Positions 15,925 through 17,105 of a DNA stretch of 17,105 nucleotides are shown piece by piece; position 1 is the first letter of the stretch; every line of letters begins with the position of its first letter. The notes below the pieces were generated by a model. It did not search any database. It was given only the letters and a program-made list of their open reading frames with translations, and had not been told where the DNA came from. Source of the stretch: Candidatus Zixiibacteriota bacterium (lineage in GTDB: Bacteria; Zixibacteria; MSB-5A5; WJJR01); NCBI GenBank assembly GCA_036170655.1, contig JAVHPP010000042.1, positions 1 through 17,105 on the forward strand, read 5' to 3'. A program made the position numbers and the translations under genes.

Positions 15925-16740
15925 ATGACGACTGCGAAGCAGACAGGGCAAGGCCACTCGTTCAAAACACCCTACGATCAGCCGGAGGTCTATGACATTG
16001 CCTTTGATTTTCGCGATCTCGACGCGGAGTGCAATGCGCTCGACGCGATCTGCGAGGAATATCGCGGCGGCAAGCCGGCGTCGTTTGCGGATCTGGCCTG
16101 CGGCTCGGGTTTTCACTGTGTGCAATATGCGCAACGCGGGCTGCGTTCATTCGGAATCGACATCAACCCCGCGATGCTGGACTTTGCCCGCCGCAAGGCA
16201 CGGCAGGCCGGCGTGACCGTCGGGTTTTTGCTTGGGGACATGGCCGAATTCACGCTACCGGAGCCGGTCGATCTCGCCTTCTGTGCAATGGCGTCGTTTC
16301 ACCACCTACTGACCAATGATGATATTGTAAGGCATTTGCGCTCGGTGGCACGCAATCTCACGTCCGGCGGCCTCTACGTGATCGAAGCCAACCATCCACG
16401 CGATGTCTTCCGTACGGGCAAGTCGCTGCACAACGAGTGGGAGGCGCAGCGGGGCGAGACAGTTGTGCATTCACGCTGGGGATTTGACGACGACCCATTT
16501 GACCCAATCACCCAGATTGCCCAGTGCCGTGTCCACATCGAGGTGCGGCAAAACGGGCACACGACAAAGATGGACTTCATCGCCCGCGACCGTTCACTCA
16601 CCCATCAGGAATTCAATCTGCTGATCGGGCAAGCCGGGGTCTTCGATCCCGTGGCGTGGCTGGGCACACTCGATGTGAGTCAGCCATTCGATAACAGCAA
16701 GCAGTCGCTGCGCATGATCCCGGTGTTGCGGAAGAAGTGA
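15925..16740 (+). CDS. Class I SAM-dependent methyltransferase
   Basis: Probable ATG at 15925. Motif I DLACGSG, GIDINPAML, GDMAEF, VDLAFC and LTSGGLYVIE. Confidence 0.88.
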   Translation: MTTAKQTGQGHSFKTPYDQPEVYDIAFDFRDLDAECNALDAICEEYRGGKPASFADLACGSGFHCVQYAQRGLRSFGIDINPAMLDFARRKARQAGVTVGFLLGDMAEFTLPEPVDLAFCAMASFHHLLTNDDIVRHLRSVARNLTSGGLYVIEANHPRDVFRTGKSLHNEWEAQRGETVVHSRWGFDDDPFDPITQIAQCRVHIEVRQNGHTTKMDFIARDRSLTHQEFNLLIGQAGVFDPVAWLGTLDVSQPFDNSKQSLRMIPVLRKK

Positions 16741-16771
16741 GCGTCATCCACGCTGGAGGGCCGGAGGAACC

Positions 16772-17105
16772 ATGATATCTGTTAAAGACAAGTCGGTCAT
16801 CATCACCGGCGCCTCGCGCGGGGTGGGGCGGGCCACCGCCATGATCTTAGCGCAACGTGGCGCGCGTGTGGCCTGTGTCGGGCGTGATGAGAACGCATTG
16901 CACGAGGTCGTGGAGCGGATCACCAGTGCGGGTGGGCAGGCGTTCAACATTTTCTGCGACGTGCGCGACGAGTGGTCAGTCAAGCGCACGGTCGAGTTTG
17001 TGCTCGCGCAATACGAGTCGGTCGACATCCTGATCAACAACGCCGCGGTCGGTATTCACGGCCGGATTGAAGACTACTCGCTCGCCAATTGGCACGCGAC
17101 GATCG
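16772..17105 (+). CDS. Short-chain dehydrogenase/reductase (SDR), partial, runs off the right edge
   Basis: GGAGG RBS and ATG at 16772: MISVKDKSVIITGASRGVGRATA...CDVRD...VDILINNAAV (TGxxxGxG and NNAx motifs). Confidence 0.9.
   Translation, partial: MISVKDKSVIITGASRGVGRATAMILAQRGARVACVGRDENALHEVVERITSAGGQAFNIFCDVRDEWSVKRTVEFVLAQYESVDILINNAAVGIHGRIEDYSLANWHATI

Noticed and set aside
15673..16134. Long N-terminal extensions of the MsrAB (475 aa) and methyltransferase (326 aa) ORFs, implying a large antisense overlap
   Set aside because: Artefact of longest-ORF calling. Starts at 15672 (-) and 15925 (+) leave a normal divergent intergenic region.
227..17040. Numerous 60-275 aa alternative-frame and antisense ORFs (e.g. 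6294-7112, 7458-8285, 15034-15741, 16744-17040)
   Set aside because: They are shadow ORFs overlapping well-supported genes in GC-rich DNA and show no recognisable motifs.

Overview
GC-rich chromosomal window from a probably diderm bacterium, with no intact mobile element, CRISPR array or RNA gene. Left (1-6215): a cell-envelope block with an SppA/S49 peptidase carrying a long beta-barrel-like N-terminal domain (runs off the left edge), a DUF4097-like beta-repeat exported protein, a TrmH/SpoU methyltransferase, a short remnant of a flavin oxidoreductase and a MacB/LolD-type ABC ATPase plus permease. Centre (6447-9565): the main observation, a tdh-acpS-acyl carrier protein-kbl operon in which a PPTase and a carrier protein sit between the two threonine-cleavage enzymes, suggesting an ACP-dependent Gly/Thr or beta-hydroxy-amino-acid pathway. 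This is followed by a collapsed heavy-metal RND pseudogene (adaptor with two in-frame stops, joined in frame to the C-terminal third of a CusA/CzcA permease), a stand-alone AdhE-type acylating aldehyde dehydrogenase, DinB, a REP-like hairpin pair, an exported MsrB-MsrA fusion, a SAM methyltransferase and a partial SDR. Three ECF-sigma-like promoters (AAC-N16/17-CGT) lie upstream of envelope and oxidative stress genes. All protein calls come from motif recognition by eye; no database searches were run.
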